From Candidatus Pacebacteria bacterium CG2_30_36_39 (GTDB lineage: Bacteria; Patescibacteriota; Microgenomatia; UBA1400; PJMF01), in contig MNZB01000002.1 in assembly GCA_001873435.1 (NCBI GenBank), positions 65,620-129,619 on the forward strand: a DNA stretch of 64,000 nt, read 5' to 3'. This document shows positions 21,401-30,405 of the stretch, one piece after another; position 1 is the first letter of the stretch, and every line of letters starts with the position of its first letter. The notes under the pieces are model-generated. The model had not been told where the DNA came from. It searched no databases and worked only from the letters and a program-made list of their open reading frames with translations. Made by a program: the position numbers and the translations under genes.

Positions 21401-22685
21401 TTTCAACGGCCTCATAGAAGGTACTGCAGCAGATACAGGATCTGGAATAGACCATGTCTTATTATCTATAAAACATGAACCATTCAATGATCCTGCCAGC
21501 ACCATGTATTGGAATGGCAGTAATTGGGTAGGTACATTGGTAACCTTCAAAGCTGAAGGCACAAATACTTGGAACTATCAGCTTCCAGAGACTCCAGAGG
21601 GTATTTATACAATCTCCTCTCATGCAGTAGACAAAGCAGGTAACACTGAAGACACCTATACCATCAAAGTAGTCTTTGATAAAACAATCCCCGAAGTTAC
21701 CGTGAACATAGATCCCAATCCTGCTGACGGAGATAACGGTTGGTATAGAACATTGCCAACTCTAAAATTATCTGCAACAGACAACTATGAACTGGGCAAA
21801 ATCGAATATCGTTGGAACAACAACTCATGGTCCACATATTCAGCTGCCATTGCACCTCCAACAGAAGGACAAAACATCCTTTACTACAGAGGCACCGATA
21901 AAGTTGGCAATGTCACCGAAACAGGAATTAAAGAAGTTAAGTATGACAAAACATCTCCAATAGACAGCGCTCTAAACATTAAGGTTGAAAATATCACTCT
22001 AGACTCAGCTATTGGCAAATGGGAAAAACCAACCAATAACTCTGATATTACCAGATATGTTCTCTCATGGAGACATGAATCAGGTGATAGCAGCGGAGTT
22101 GAAGTAGGTGCAGACGTCTTTAAACAAGAAATGAAAAATCTTTATAACGGATAATGGACATTTGTTGTTAAAGCAATGGATGCTGCTGGAAACTTCAAGG
22201 AGTCTTCTGTTAAATTCATCATTGACCCAGTAGCTAGTACTTCTACTACTACAGAAGGTCAGGTATTAGGTGAAACAACCGGAGGTGGTTCAGTAATAGC
22301 CTCATTACCAAGAGTGCCAGTCCAAGAGGAACTAGTAGTAAACGAAAAAGAAACTATTGAAGAAGAACAAAATCCAGCAGGACAAGTTCTTGGCGCAGAA
22401 GATGTTAATTGTAAATCTACTAACACCAACCTACCTTGGATATTACTTGGCTTACAATTTGTAGGCCTATTAATAGCAGAAGTAGTTCTCAAGGGACGCA
22501 AAGATAATCTTAGAAACATAGTAATAACTGGAATTTCTTTATTGCTAATCGGAACATTCTATGTTTTAAGAGATGCAGACTGTATAAAATCAGGCTTTAT
22601 TTTCAATTGGTTTGCTTTGCCAGTCGTAGCAACATCAATTGTTACTAGAATGCTAGGATATTTCTTTATTGAAGAAATTGAATAA
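18465..22685 (+). pseudogene. Large Ig-like/FN3 surface protein with C-terminal 3-TM anchor, interrupted by one in-frame TAA at 22152-22154
   Basis: Signal peptide and repeated DKAGN/DNAGN Ig motifs. Reading ...LYNG*WTFVVKAMDAAGN continues in frame into ORF 22176-22685. Confidence 0.75.
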
Positions 22686-22687
22686 GT

Positions 22688-22728
22688 AAAAAAACCCGTG
22701 ATCTTTTAGTTAAGACCACGGGTTTTTT
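22688..22728. terminator. Bidirectional terminator
   Basis: AAAAAACCCGTG...CACGGGTTTTTT between convergent genes. Confidence 0.75.
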
Positions 22729-22751
22729 ATTGCTTATTTCAATTATTTTTT

Positions 22752-23456
22752 TTACTTTACAGTATCTGGAATAGTACCAACCAAATGGACGCCACCTGGC
22801 TCAAGAGTTAGTTCTTGTACATCCAAATTAGTTACTTTACTCATTCTTCTTTCAATAACATCTGCAACAGCACTTGAAACTGGAGCTACCAATGACTCTG
22901 GTAGGGCAACTCTACCAATCTCTACAGTAGTTGGACTAAGAGTAACTTGATTGTTTTTAACATTGGCAACGCCAGTCATATAGAAAGGCAAATCTCCGGC
23001 AACATACTTAACATATGACTTGCCTTTTTCAATATCCTCATCACTATAATCGAGTTGTTTAGCTAGCATAATGGCGGTAGAAAGCTCTAAAATACCAGAA
23101 ACCTCCCCAGTACCATCATCATTTATTCTGACTTGAACATCTCTAATAGGGCTTTTGCTATATTGATTTTTCCAGTAGGCCAAAATAGAAGTAATTTCAG
23201 CACTACTAACTTTAATATCTAGCTTCTTACTACCCTCATATTCTGGTTCTCTATCAGCTGGAATTTTTCCATCAGGCAATTCATTTTTCATTTCATGGGC
23301 AATGTCAAATGCTGCAACTAAAGCTGGATCAGCTTTAATACCAAGATCTTTGGGTTTAGTAATCAAAGGAGAAATAAAGGGAACTACACCTATATATGAT
23401 AGGAAACCAATGATTAACACAAAAATTAATAACAAACTAAATAAAATTTTTTTCAT
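22752..23456 (-). CDS. Membrane-anchored hypothetical protein
   Basis: 234 aa with N-terminal TM. Confidence 0.7.
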   Translation of the reverse strand: MKKILFSLLLIFVLIIGFLSYIGVVPFISPLITKPKDLGIKADPALVAAFDIAHEMKNELPDGKIPADREPEYEGSKKLDIKVSSAEITSILAYWKNQYSKSPIRDVQVRINDDGTGEVSGILELSTAIMLAKQLDYSDEDIEKGKSYVKYVAGDLPFYMTGVANVKNNQVTLSPTTVEIGRVALPESLVAPVSSAVADVIERRMSKVTNLDVQELTLEPGGVHLVGTIPDTVK

Positions 23457-23579
23457 ATATTCTTTTATTAATACTAAATCCAGTATACAAGATTAATATT
23501 AAAAATATGTTTTTATAGTTATCTATTAATAAGACTCTCTTCATAGACAGCGAGAGAAGATGAGTTGTATTATTGATAT

Positions 23580-24278
23580 ATGGACAATTTACGTTCCCTA
23601 ATAGATTTTTTTGTAATCTCCCCTATATATGAAATACTTGGTTTTTTAGGACTAAGTTTTTTAGCAATTACACTAACAATTGCTGTTTTATTTAATAAGA
23701 AAAATAAAAATAAAAAGAAAAAGAATTTATTAGCCTTTGCTATTGTTTTTATAGCAGTCTTAATCGAGCTTTTTGCCATAGAACTAGTGATGCCTATTTT
23801 TGAGGCAATTAAATCATTAATTTTATTTGGTGAAATAAAGGTTGAAGCTGGAACATGGATTACTCAGTACCCAAGGCTATTTTCAACTAATTTACTTTAT
23901 CTTATTGTAGGCATTTGTTTATTAGCTGCAATTAAAATCGCCTTTAAAAAAGAAAAGAAAATATTTTTAAAATATTTTGTGCCACTGGCTCTCATTGTTT
24001 TTAGCCTTACCTTTATTTTCTTGGGTATCAAAGGGTTTATGGGAATGTACAAATCTAGTTATATAACTCAATCTAGTTTGTTATTGGAAAAATATGTTTC
24101 AGCCAATCGCAGTTCTGCGGCTAAATATCATTTGGTTTTGGATAATGCTGGAGCAAAAGAATATGTCTCTGTTGATTGGTTTACATACGTAGTTGTTGAG
24201 CCTGGAGAAAAGCTAGAGATAACAAGAAATGAAATGAGTAGGCAAATTAGTAAAGTAAGGGTCAAGCCAATTCAATGA
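23580..24278 (+). CDS. Membrane protein
   Basis: 232 aa with about four TM segments. Confidence 0.7.
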   Translation: MDNLRSLIDFFVISPIYEILGFLGLSFLAITLTIAVLFNKKNKNKKKKNLLAFAIVFIAVLIELFAIELVMPIFEAIKSLILFGEIKVEAGTWITQYPRLFSTNLLYLIVGICLLAAIKIAFKKEKKIFLKYFVPLALIVFSLTFIFLGIKGFMGMYKSSYITQSSLLLEKYVSANRSSAAKYHLVLDNAGAKEYVSVDWFTYVVVEPGEKLEITRNEMSRQISKVRVKPIQ

Positions 24279-24928
24279 AAAAGAAAAGTATTTTAAAAAA
24301 ACAAAACAACCTATTAATGGTTTTTGTTCTATTCTTAATTCTTATTTCTCCTTTGTTTTTGTTCCCTAAAAATCCTAAGATTATTTCTTTAAAGAAAGAT
24401 CTTGAGTTGCGCTATCTACTAGCTATCGGGAAGTATGAGACATGTGAAATAGAGCAATTGAATCTTGAGTTTTCATGTCCCAGCTATGTTTCAATTGAAT
24501 ATTGGCCAGATCTATATTCTTCTGAGTGGGTTACGGTGAGAAACAAGTCTATTGGCACAGATAAGCTTGCTGAAAAAGATCTTTATGCAACTGGCTTCTT
24601 TTTTTCTCGTCGAGAACTACCCAGTTATGTTCCGAGCGGAACAGAAACAGCAGAATATTTTTCTCTTGAAGAGAAAGAGGAGGCTAGGAAGGTTAAGGCC
24701 GGTTCTTTGCCAACCACTGGGCTTGGTATTCCCAAAGTAGTGACTTCTGAGCCAGCTGAGTTCCCAGCTTGGACAGGAGAGGTTAGTACTAGGATTATTG
24801 ACTTTCCATTGGCCTATTACAATGTTAAAGACAACTATTTGTATGGTTTAGAGATTAATGAGGAGTCTGGTTTTACTGCTAAGGAGTTGGAGATTATGTT
24901 TTCAACTTTGAGGTGGGCTAATGAATAG
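24275..24928 (+). CDS. Membrane-anchored hypothetical protein
   Basis: 217 aa with N-terminal TM; ATGA overlap with the previous gene. Confidence 0.7.
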   Translation: MKKKSILKKQNNLLMVFVLFLILISPLFLFPKNPKIISLKKDLELRYLLAIGKYETCEIEQLNLEFSCPSYVSIEYWPDLYSSEWVTVRNKSIGTDKLAEKDLYATGFFFSRRELPSYVPSGTETAEYFSLEEKEEARKVKAGSLPTTGLGIPKVVTSEPAEFPAWTGEVSTRIIDFPLAYYNVKDNYLYGLEINEESGFTAKELEIMFSTLRWANE

Positions 24929-24946
24929 ACTATATATCCTATAACA

Positions 24947-24975
24947 TTGACTATATTGATATATTTTGTTATACT
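24947..24975 (+). promoter_or_regulatory. sigma70 promoter
   Basis: TTGACT-17 nt-TATACT with an extended -10 TG. Confidence 0.7.
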
Positions 24976-25089
24976 AACTGCCGTTTTAATCACTCTATAA
25001 ATGCTTTTGCAGTGTTTGTTTAGAGTTTTTAAAATATTTTTTTATAGTTCGTTAACATGAGAATTGCTTTTGTTGTCATTTATTGAAAT

Positions 25090-25139
25090 TTGGATGGTCA
25101 AAATTTGGAGAAAACTTTCTTTAGATTTTGACCATCCAA
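25090..25139 (+). repeat. Long inverted repeat / RNA hairpin in the leader of the 95-aa ORF
   Basis: TTGGATGGTCAAAAT...ATTTTGACCATCCAA, 15 bp perfect and about 23 bp with G-U pairs. Confidence 0.75.
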
Positions 25140-25178
25140 CATCTCCTTTATGGAGAAATATATTTCACGAGGTGAATC

Positions 25179-25466
25179 ATGCAAGGCAAATACCACAATG
25201 ATCCAAATGCTGTTCATTTGGCAGATTTCTACCATCAATTGATTGCTAGCGTAAATTCTGTGAGTGCTTTAGTGGCTAAGGTCACTGAGATGCTCAATAA
25301 TCCTGACTCGACAGACTATGTCGAGCCTGGTACACATACAAAGTGTGCTTGTGATGAAGATCTACGAGATCATCTTCAGGATATTCTTGATAATCCAGAA
25401 TTTGCAAAAGATGTTTTCAATGGTGATGTCGTTGATTTCTGCCCAAGAATGCAGAACTTTTGGTAA
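25179..25466 (+). CDS. Small acidic hypothetical protein
   Basis: 95 aa with GAGGTG SD. Confidence 0.65.
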   Translation: MQGKYHNDPNAVHLADFYHQLIASVNSVSALVAKVTEMLNNPDSTDYVEPGTHTKCACDEDLRDHLQDILDNPEFAKDVFNGDVVDFCPRMQNFW

Positions 25467-25482
25467 ATCAATAACGCTATAT

Positions 25483-25513
25483 ATGTTTGGCGCATTAAAA
25501 ATGCGCCAAACAT
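25483..25513. terminator. Perfect hairpin between convergent small ORFs
   Basis: ATGTTTGGCGCATT...AATGCGCCAAACAT, 14-bp stem. Confidence 0.65.
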
Positions 25514-25568
25514 TATTAGCAATAACTTCTCATGTTAACGATTTCTTAATTTAAAAATTGATTCTGAA

Positions 25569-25796
25569 CTAATCCTTTTTTTTGGCTGCTTCTTCAGCTG
25601 CTTCTCTGGCTATTCTGACAAGGTTTAGGCCATTTTTTAGGGCTTGAGCAATAAAAGAGTCAGTATTTAGATCATCGATTAATTCATCTTTTTGATATGT
25701 TTTTCTTCTTGAAAATTTTGCAGCCCAATTTTGTCTTTTTCTTATGTCTGCAGCTTGAGATTCATCTCTTTTTCTATCTGTTTCGTTCATATTCAT
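25569..25796 (-). CDS. Small hypothetical protein
   Basis: 75-aa charged helical ORF. Confidence 0.55.
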   Translation of the reverse strand: MNMNETDRKRDESQAADIRKRQNWAAKFSRRKTYQKDELIDDLNTDSFIAQALKNGLNLVRIAREAAEEAAKKKD

Positions 25797-25879
25797 ATTT
25801 TAACATTTTGTTGAAAATAGGGTATTTATTTTAATGTTAGCTAGTAAAATCATGATTGTTTGAATGTATAATTTTAATA

Positions 25880-26131
25880 ATGAAAAAAAGAGTTTTATCT
25901 TTAGATTTGGCTAGAGTTTTATCTATTTTAGGTGTAGTTGCGATTCATGCTGAAAATATTACTTCTTCAAAAACAAATTATTTAGGTGGAATTTCTTGGT
26001 GGTTTGTCAATACAGTTCATTCTTTGGTTGCTGTAAGTGTTCCTTTATTTGTCATGATTTCTGGAACACTATTGTTAAATAAGAAAGATTTATCTAATAA
26101 TTATGTTTTTAGCAAAATAAAAAATATTTAA
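25880..26131 (+). pseudogene. Truncated acyltransferase-3 (O-acyltransferase) N-terminal fragment
   Basis: LDLARVLSILGVVAIH and SVPLFVMISG motifs, but only ~83 aa. Confidence 0.7.
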
Positions 26132-26185
26132 TGTTTTATTTGGAATAAGAAAAGAATAATTTTTTTTATTTGTTAACTTAGTGTG

Positions 26186-27001
26186 TCATATACACTGTAA
26201 GTATTCGAGAGCTCCATCTGTATATTTTTTTGAAGTTGTAAAAACTGGGTAAAGCGCATTCAAATAATGTTTGCTCTCACCAACAAAAACAAATTCAGTC
26301 ATTAGACCTTTTTCTGAAAAAAAATCGCTCATCTGCATGTCAGAAACAGAATCTCCAAAACAAATTATTTTTAATTGGTTTTTTAAAATGAAATGATGCT
26401 CATTAAGCCACTTATAAATTTTGAATGCTCCAAGCTTTTTATCAAAGTTTTGCGGTTTAATATCGATAGCAATGGTAGACGATGAGGGTCTTATGTGAAT
26501 AGATGGATAATAATTCTTTAAGATGATATCTATCGTTGCCTTTAGTTTGCTTTGCTCCAACCTATATTTTTCCAAAGGAAACCCCTTCATCATTTCTATG
26601 GTAAGAATAGCTTTCTTACTCTGATCGACAAACATTGAGTCATGGTAAATGCAATCAACAATACTTTGAACAGTATTTTTTAATTGTATTGGAATAATAT
26701 TATTTTCTGTGATTTTTGAGGTATAGTTGCCATCTTGATCTGTTTTTAATATAACAGCTCCCATTTCACAGACACAAAAAAACATTTTTTTTGATAGTTT
26801 CTTATCAATATATTTGCAGATGTTTTTAATAACCCAATCTGATGATCTGCCTGTATTCAACAAAACTGGAATATTATTACTAAGTCTCTTATTAAGAAAG
26901 GAGAAAATTGCTGGATTATCTACTTTTTTGGAGATAGGATCAGTTAATACTCCATCTATGTCGAATACCCAAAGATTGTTTTTCTGTGTTGATCTAATCA
27001 T
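26186..27001 (-). CDS. HAD-superfamily (IIB-like) phosphatase
   Basis: FDIDGVL, TGR and FGDSVSD motifs. Confidence 0.85.
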   Translation of the reverse strand: MIRSTQKNNLWVFDIDGVLTDPISKKVDNPAIFSFLNKRLSNNIPVLLNTGRSSDWVIKNICKYIDKKLSKKMFFCVCEMGAVILKTDQDGNYTSKITENNIIPIQLKNTVQSIVDCIYHDSMFVDQSKKAILTIEMMKGFPLEKYRLEQSKLKATIDIILKNYYPSIHIRPSSSTIAIDIKPQNFDKKLGAFKIYKWLNEHHFILKNQLKIICFGDSVSDMQMSDFFSEKGLMTEFVFVGESKHYLNALYPVFTTSKKYTDGALEYLQCI

Positions 27002-27008
27002 TTTACTT

Positions 27009-27124
27009 GTGACCTTAGGCCTTCCACATCAGAACCAGGTTATTTTAGACCTGGTAAAGCTATTCAATACATTCCTACCAGATATAAAACAATTGGGCTT
27101 ATTACTCAGTAAGGGGATTTGAAC
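27009..27124 (+). repeat. att scar 1: GTGACC core plus P'-like arm encoding a relic integrase tail
   Basis: GTGACC-N17-GAAC; homologous to 27507-27623, sharing an identical ATTACTCAGTAAGGGGATTTGAAC. Confidence 0.7.
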
Positions 27125-27138
27125 TATCAAACTAGATT

Positions 27139-27366
27139 TTATTCTGTTTTCTCTGATTTTCTGTAAGCTGCAAGAGAGTCATTTTCTTTTGCTCTATCTA
27201 AAAGCATTCCAATGGTGTCTTTAATTTGAGCTAGTATTTCTTCATCTGAATAACCTTGTAGATTTTCATTTCTAGCTAATGATGCTAAAAGATCACTCAT
27301 GGGTTTTAATGCTTCTCCTCCAATCAACATTCTTAATTTTCTTTCTCTATCGCTCATTATTTCCAT
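27139..27366 (-). CDS. Small hypothetical protein (cargo between att scars)
   Basis: 75-aa ORF. Confidence 0.55.
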   Translation of the reverse strand: MEIMSDRERKLRMLIGGEALKPMSDLLASLARNENLQGYSDEEILAQIKDTIGMLLDRAKENDSLAAYRKSEKTE

Positions 27367-27506
27367 GATGGCTTATGTCCTTTATTTTATTTGTACATAT
27401 TAAATGTATCATAAATTGTTTTTTTTATGAACATTATTAGTAATTTGAGGGGAGTATATTTTTATCTATTTAATAATAGATGTCTATATTTATATATGGG
27501 TAAATT

Positions 27507-27623
27507 GTGACCCTTCGTGTTCCACATACGAACGAGATCATTGGTGATCTAGTGGACTTATTTAATACCTTTATACCAGATATGAGACAACTCGGTTTAA
27601 TTACTCAGTAAGGGGATTTGAAC
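27507..27623 (+). repeat. att scar 2
   Basis: GTGACCC core with GAAC at +24; encodes VTLRVPHTNEIIGDLVDLFNTFIPDMRQLGLITQ, similar to scar 1. Confidence 0.7.
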
Positions 27624-27639
27624 GGTGTGGAGTTGTTAA

Positions 27640-28173
27640 TTATTTGTTTTTTCCAATCACTACTTTTGGAGAGAATGTTATTTTTTGTCTTATTTGACCC
27701 TCATGAGTTTCTTTTGGACAAATTTTTATATCAAAGGATTTTTTAAAAACAAGATTGCATATTTCAAAATGATCTCTTAATTCTGAACAAACATTTTCGT
27801 ATTCTATTACTCCATTGATGAAATTATGTAAAACTTCATTTCTTTTATTCCAATAGTTTTTTATTTTTCTTGATTCACTTGTGGTGAATATTTCAACTTG
27901 CCTTGTATAGTTAGCTAGTTCTATAACATCCTTTTCTTTTTTTAGAATTTTTCTTATTTTATTTTTCTTAGTTTTTTGTTGCTCAAGATACATTTCAATG
28001 GTTATTGATAAATAGTATTTAAGAATATTAATAGATAGAGATAGTGCTTCTATGCAGTAACCATTTTTACGTGCTTTATTAAATTTTTCTACAGTCTCCC
28101 AAGCTTTAGGAAATCTTGAGTTTGAAATTTCTAATCCTTTTACTTCAGTTGGTACAGGTAAGACTTTTATCAT
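27640..28173 (-). CDS. Hypothetical helical protein, possibly HEPN-like
   Basis: 177 aa with an RNEVLH (Rx4H) motif. Confidence 0.6.
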   Translation of the reverse strand: MIKVLPVPTEVKGLEISNSRFPKAWETVEKFNKARKNGYCIEALSLSINILKYYLSITIEMYLEQQKTKKNKIRKILKKEKDVIELANYTRQVEIFTTSESRKIKNYWNKRNEVLHNFINGVIEYENVCSELRDHFEICNLVFKKSFDIKICPKETHEGQIRQKITFSPKVVIGKNK

Positions 28174-28280
28174 TAATTTACTATATCAGTCTTAATAACT
28201 TGTACTCAAATCTAGTTATTGTGAACATTTAACTAGTATATAATTTATTTTTAGATATTTTTTAAAATTAAAGGAAAAAT

Positions 28281-28511
28281 ATGTTTATCCCTGGATGGAT
28301 TTTGGTCGTTTTTATTTTTATTTTAATAGATTATTTTCTTCAAAAAAGAAATGTTTCAATTCTTGAAAAAGAAAGAGATTCTTTAATGATGAAGCTATCT
28401 CCATACTTGATAAAAGAAGAGAGAGAGAAAGCAGATAAAGAACTGTTTGCTATGGAAGAAGAAATGTTTAAAGATGTTAAAAATAGTAAAACTAAAAAAA
28501 AGAAAAAATGA
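28281..28511 (+). CDS. Small membrane-anchored protein
   Basis: 76 aa with AAGGA SD. Confidence 0.55.
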   Translation: MFIPGWILVVFIFILIDYFLQKRNVSILEKERDSLMMKLSPYLIKEEREKADKELFAMEEEMFKDVKNSKTKKKKK

Positions 28512-28891
28512 TTGCTAATTTTTTAAGACAAGTTAAAAATAAAATATTATTATTATTTTATAATTTATTGGAGTTTTTTGATAAGTCTCCTTTACAGAAA
28601 AATAACGAAGATATTGAAAAATATCTTTTTAGGATAGATAAAAAATATGCACTTAGATATTTAAATTTTTGGATTTCACTTATGCCTGATTATAATTCAT
28701 CTATTCTATCTGATTTAATTGAGAAAGAAAAAAACGAAGATAAAAAAGAATTATTTAATATGATGTTGGATGCTGAAGCAAAAAAAATAAAACTAATTAT
28801 TCTTAAAAAGAAAATCTTAGAAAAAAAACTTACATCTGTGGAAAAAAAAGCCCTAATAACAATTAAAAAAAGATTCGAAACAAGAAACTAA
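28508..28891 (+). CDS. Hypothetical protein
   Basis: 127 aa; ATGA overlap with the previous gene. Confidence 0.55.
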   Translation: MIANFLRQVKNKILLLFYNLLEFFDKSPLQKNNEDIEKYLFRIDKKYALRYLNFWISLMPDYNSSILSDLIEKEKNEDKKELFNMMLDAEAKKIKLIILKKKILEKKLTSVEKKALITIKKRFETRN

Positions 28892-29013
28892 TTCAATCAT
28901 TGGAAGAAGAAAATGGCAATATTGTGACCCTAGTGACGCGTGGTTTGAACCGCTTTTAGCTCATTTTGAGCAACTCCGCCAGATGTACGAGACATCAGAA
29001 CAGGAGGAAAGCG

Positions 29014-29454
29014 ATGTTTAAGTCTACCTTATTTGACGAGTCAACTTTCTACAAGCAGTTTACCACGGATTTACTCAAGGCCAAACAAGAAGTAGTGATC
29101 GAGAGTCCATTTATCACTACTAAAAGAATGAATCAGCTAGCACCTATCTTTAGTAAGCTGGTTAGACGTGGAGTTAGAGTCTACGTCATCACCAGAGACC
29201 CTAGAGAACATCGAGAGCCTTACAAAGAGCAGTCGGAGCATGAGATACAGCACTTTGAACAAATTGGGGTGCAGGCGCTAATCTGCCAGGGCAATCATCA
29301 TCGCAAGTTAGCGATAATTGACAGAAAGATTCTTTGGGAAGGCAGTCTTAATATACTATCTCAGATTAAAAGCAGGGAAATTATGCGCCGCTTTGATGGC
29401 GGCGGCTTCGCCGTGGAGATGTTTAATTTTTTGAAACTCGAGAGATTTATATAA
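29014..29454 (+). CDS. Phospholipase D-like (single HKD) nuclease-domain protein
   Basis: HRKLAIID...GSLN motif; AGGAGG SD precedes the ATG at 29014. Confidence 0.85.
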   Translation: MFKSTLFDESTFYKQFTTDLLKAKQEVVIESPFITTKRMNQLAPIFSKLVRRGVRVYVITRDPREHREPYKEQSEHEIQHFEQIGVQALICQGNHHRKLAIIDRKILWEGSLNILSQIKSREIMRRFDGGGFAVEMFNFLKLERFI

Positions 29455-29489
29455 ATTATGGTAGACTACCACTATCAATAAAGGAAAAT

Positions 29490-29699
29490 ATGACAAAACA
29501 ACCAATAGAAGCAGAAATCCAAAAAGTACTTAAGATGCTTGAGGAATCAGATCCAGCTAATGCTACTCGTGAGAATGCTATCAAAGTTATTGAAGGTATG
29601 AAAACAATGGCAAGTGGAGTGATCGACAAGATTGATGATGATCTAAAAACAGGTAAAGTAAAAGTTTCTGATGATGGCAAAGTTACTCGAAAAGGTTAG
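29490..29699 (+). CDS. Small hypothetical protein
   Basis: 69 aa with AAGGA SD. Confidence 0.65.
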   Translation: MTKQPIEAEIQKVLKMLEESDPANATRENAIKVIEGMKTMASGVIDKIDDDLKTGKVKVSDDGKVTRKG

Positions 29700-29906
29700 T
29701 TAAAAAGGTAAGACTTCAGACGATTTAATTCCAAGAGCTTTGACTATTTTCTCTAGTGCTTCGTAAGAAGGATTTTCTCCACCACGCTCAATACGAGCAT
29801 AGTAGTTAACATGCATCTTGGCTTTATCAGCTATCTGTTGCTGGGTTAGTCCAGTCTTGTTACGAGCTGACTTAATGTTTTGGCCGAATTGTTGTTGTGA
29901 TCCCAT
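29700..29906 (-). CDS. XRE-family HTH regulator
   Basis: GLTQQQIA...YYARIERGGENPS. Confidence 0.9.
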   Translation of the reverse strand: MGSQQQFGQNIKSARNKTGLTQQQIADKAKMHVNYYARIERGGENPSYEALEKIVKALGIKSSEVLPF

Positions 29907-29912
29907 ATTTAT

Positions 29913-30401
29913 TTACCTGCCTGCATTAGCTGCAGCTATTTCTATCCAGTTTCCCATGTTATTGTATCCATCATCATTTACCCAATCATAAGTTTTGTAT
30001 AGTTCTGCAAAATATATCTTTTTGCCATCTCTAGTTATATACCAGTCTGAAAAAGGATTTCTTCCTTTACTAGTAGTGTTTCCTTCTCGATCTTTTTTAT
30101 TATGTATGTAGATTCCGAGTAAACCATTTTTTTTGCCATGACTGCTTTTTATCTCATAATCAATCCACTTTCTCCCTGATGTATTTTCTCCAATTAATAC
30201 TACAGTTACTGAGGTGCCAGATAATTGGCCATCAATCCATTTCTTTATATCAGCATCATCTTTCTTTTTAACCTCTTCCCATTCAGCTGAATCAAAAAAG
30301 CCGGCAGCTTTCCTATCTTGAGTAACCCAGCTATTTCTTACTTGTGAAGCTCTCCAGTTATCCTGCTTGTAATGAAAGCTGAAAAATGTTTTTCTTGTCA
30401 T
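29913..30401 (-). CDS. TIR-domain protein (ThsB/DUF1863-like)
   Basis: FFSFHY, SVTVVLIGENT..RKWIDYEI (catalytic Glu) and GY.N...WIE. Confidence 0.88.
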   Translation of the reverse strand: MTRKTFFSFHYKQDNWRASQVRNSWVTQDRKAAGFFDSAEWEEVKKKDDADIKKWIDGQLSGTSVTVVLIGENTSGRKWIDYEIKSSHGKKNGLLGIYIHNKKDREGNTTSKGRNPFSDWYITRDGKKIYFAELYKTYDWVNDDGYNNMGNWIEIAAANAGR

Positions 30402-30405
30402 CTGC

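Noticed and set aside
18465-22685. Second DGR target, or alternative genetic-code readthrough
   Set aside because: I saw no TR-like sequence in it by eye. The stop is TAA rather than TGA, and other genes end normally at TGA/TAA under code 11.
24940-24976. dif-like site
   Set aside because: It resembles a XerD arm only partially and is better explained as a consensus sigma70 promoter.
26814-27122. 102-aa plus-strand ORF
   Set aside because: Its first two-thirds are antisense to the HAD gene. Only the part after GTGACC is meaningful, as a relic integrase tail.
27009-27623. CRISPR array from the repeated 24-mer ATTACTCAGTAAGGGGATTTGAAC
   Set aside because: There are only two copies, ~500 bp apart, within longer homologous att-scar segments, and no cas genes.
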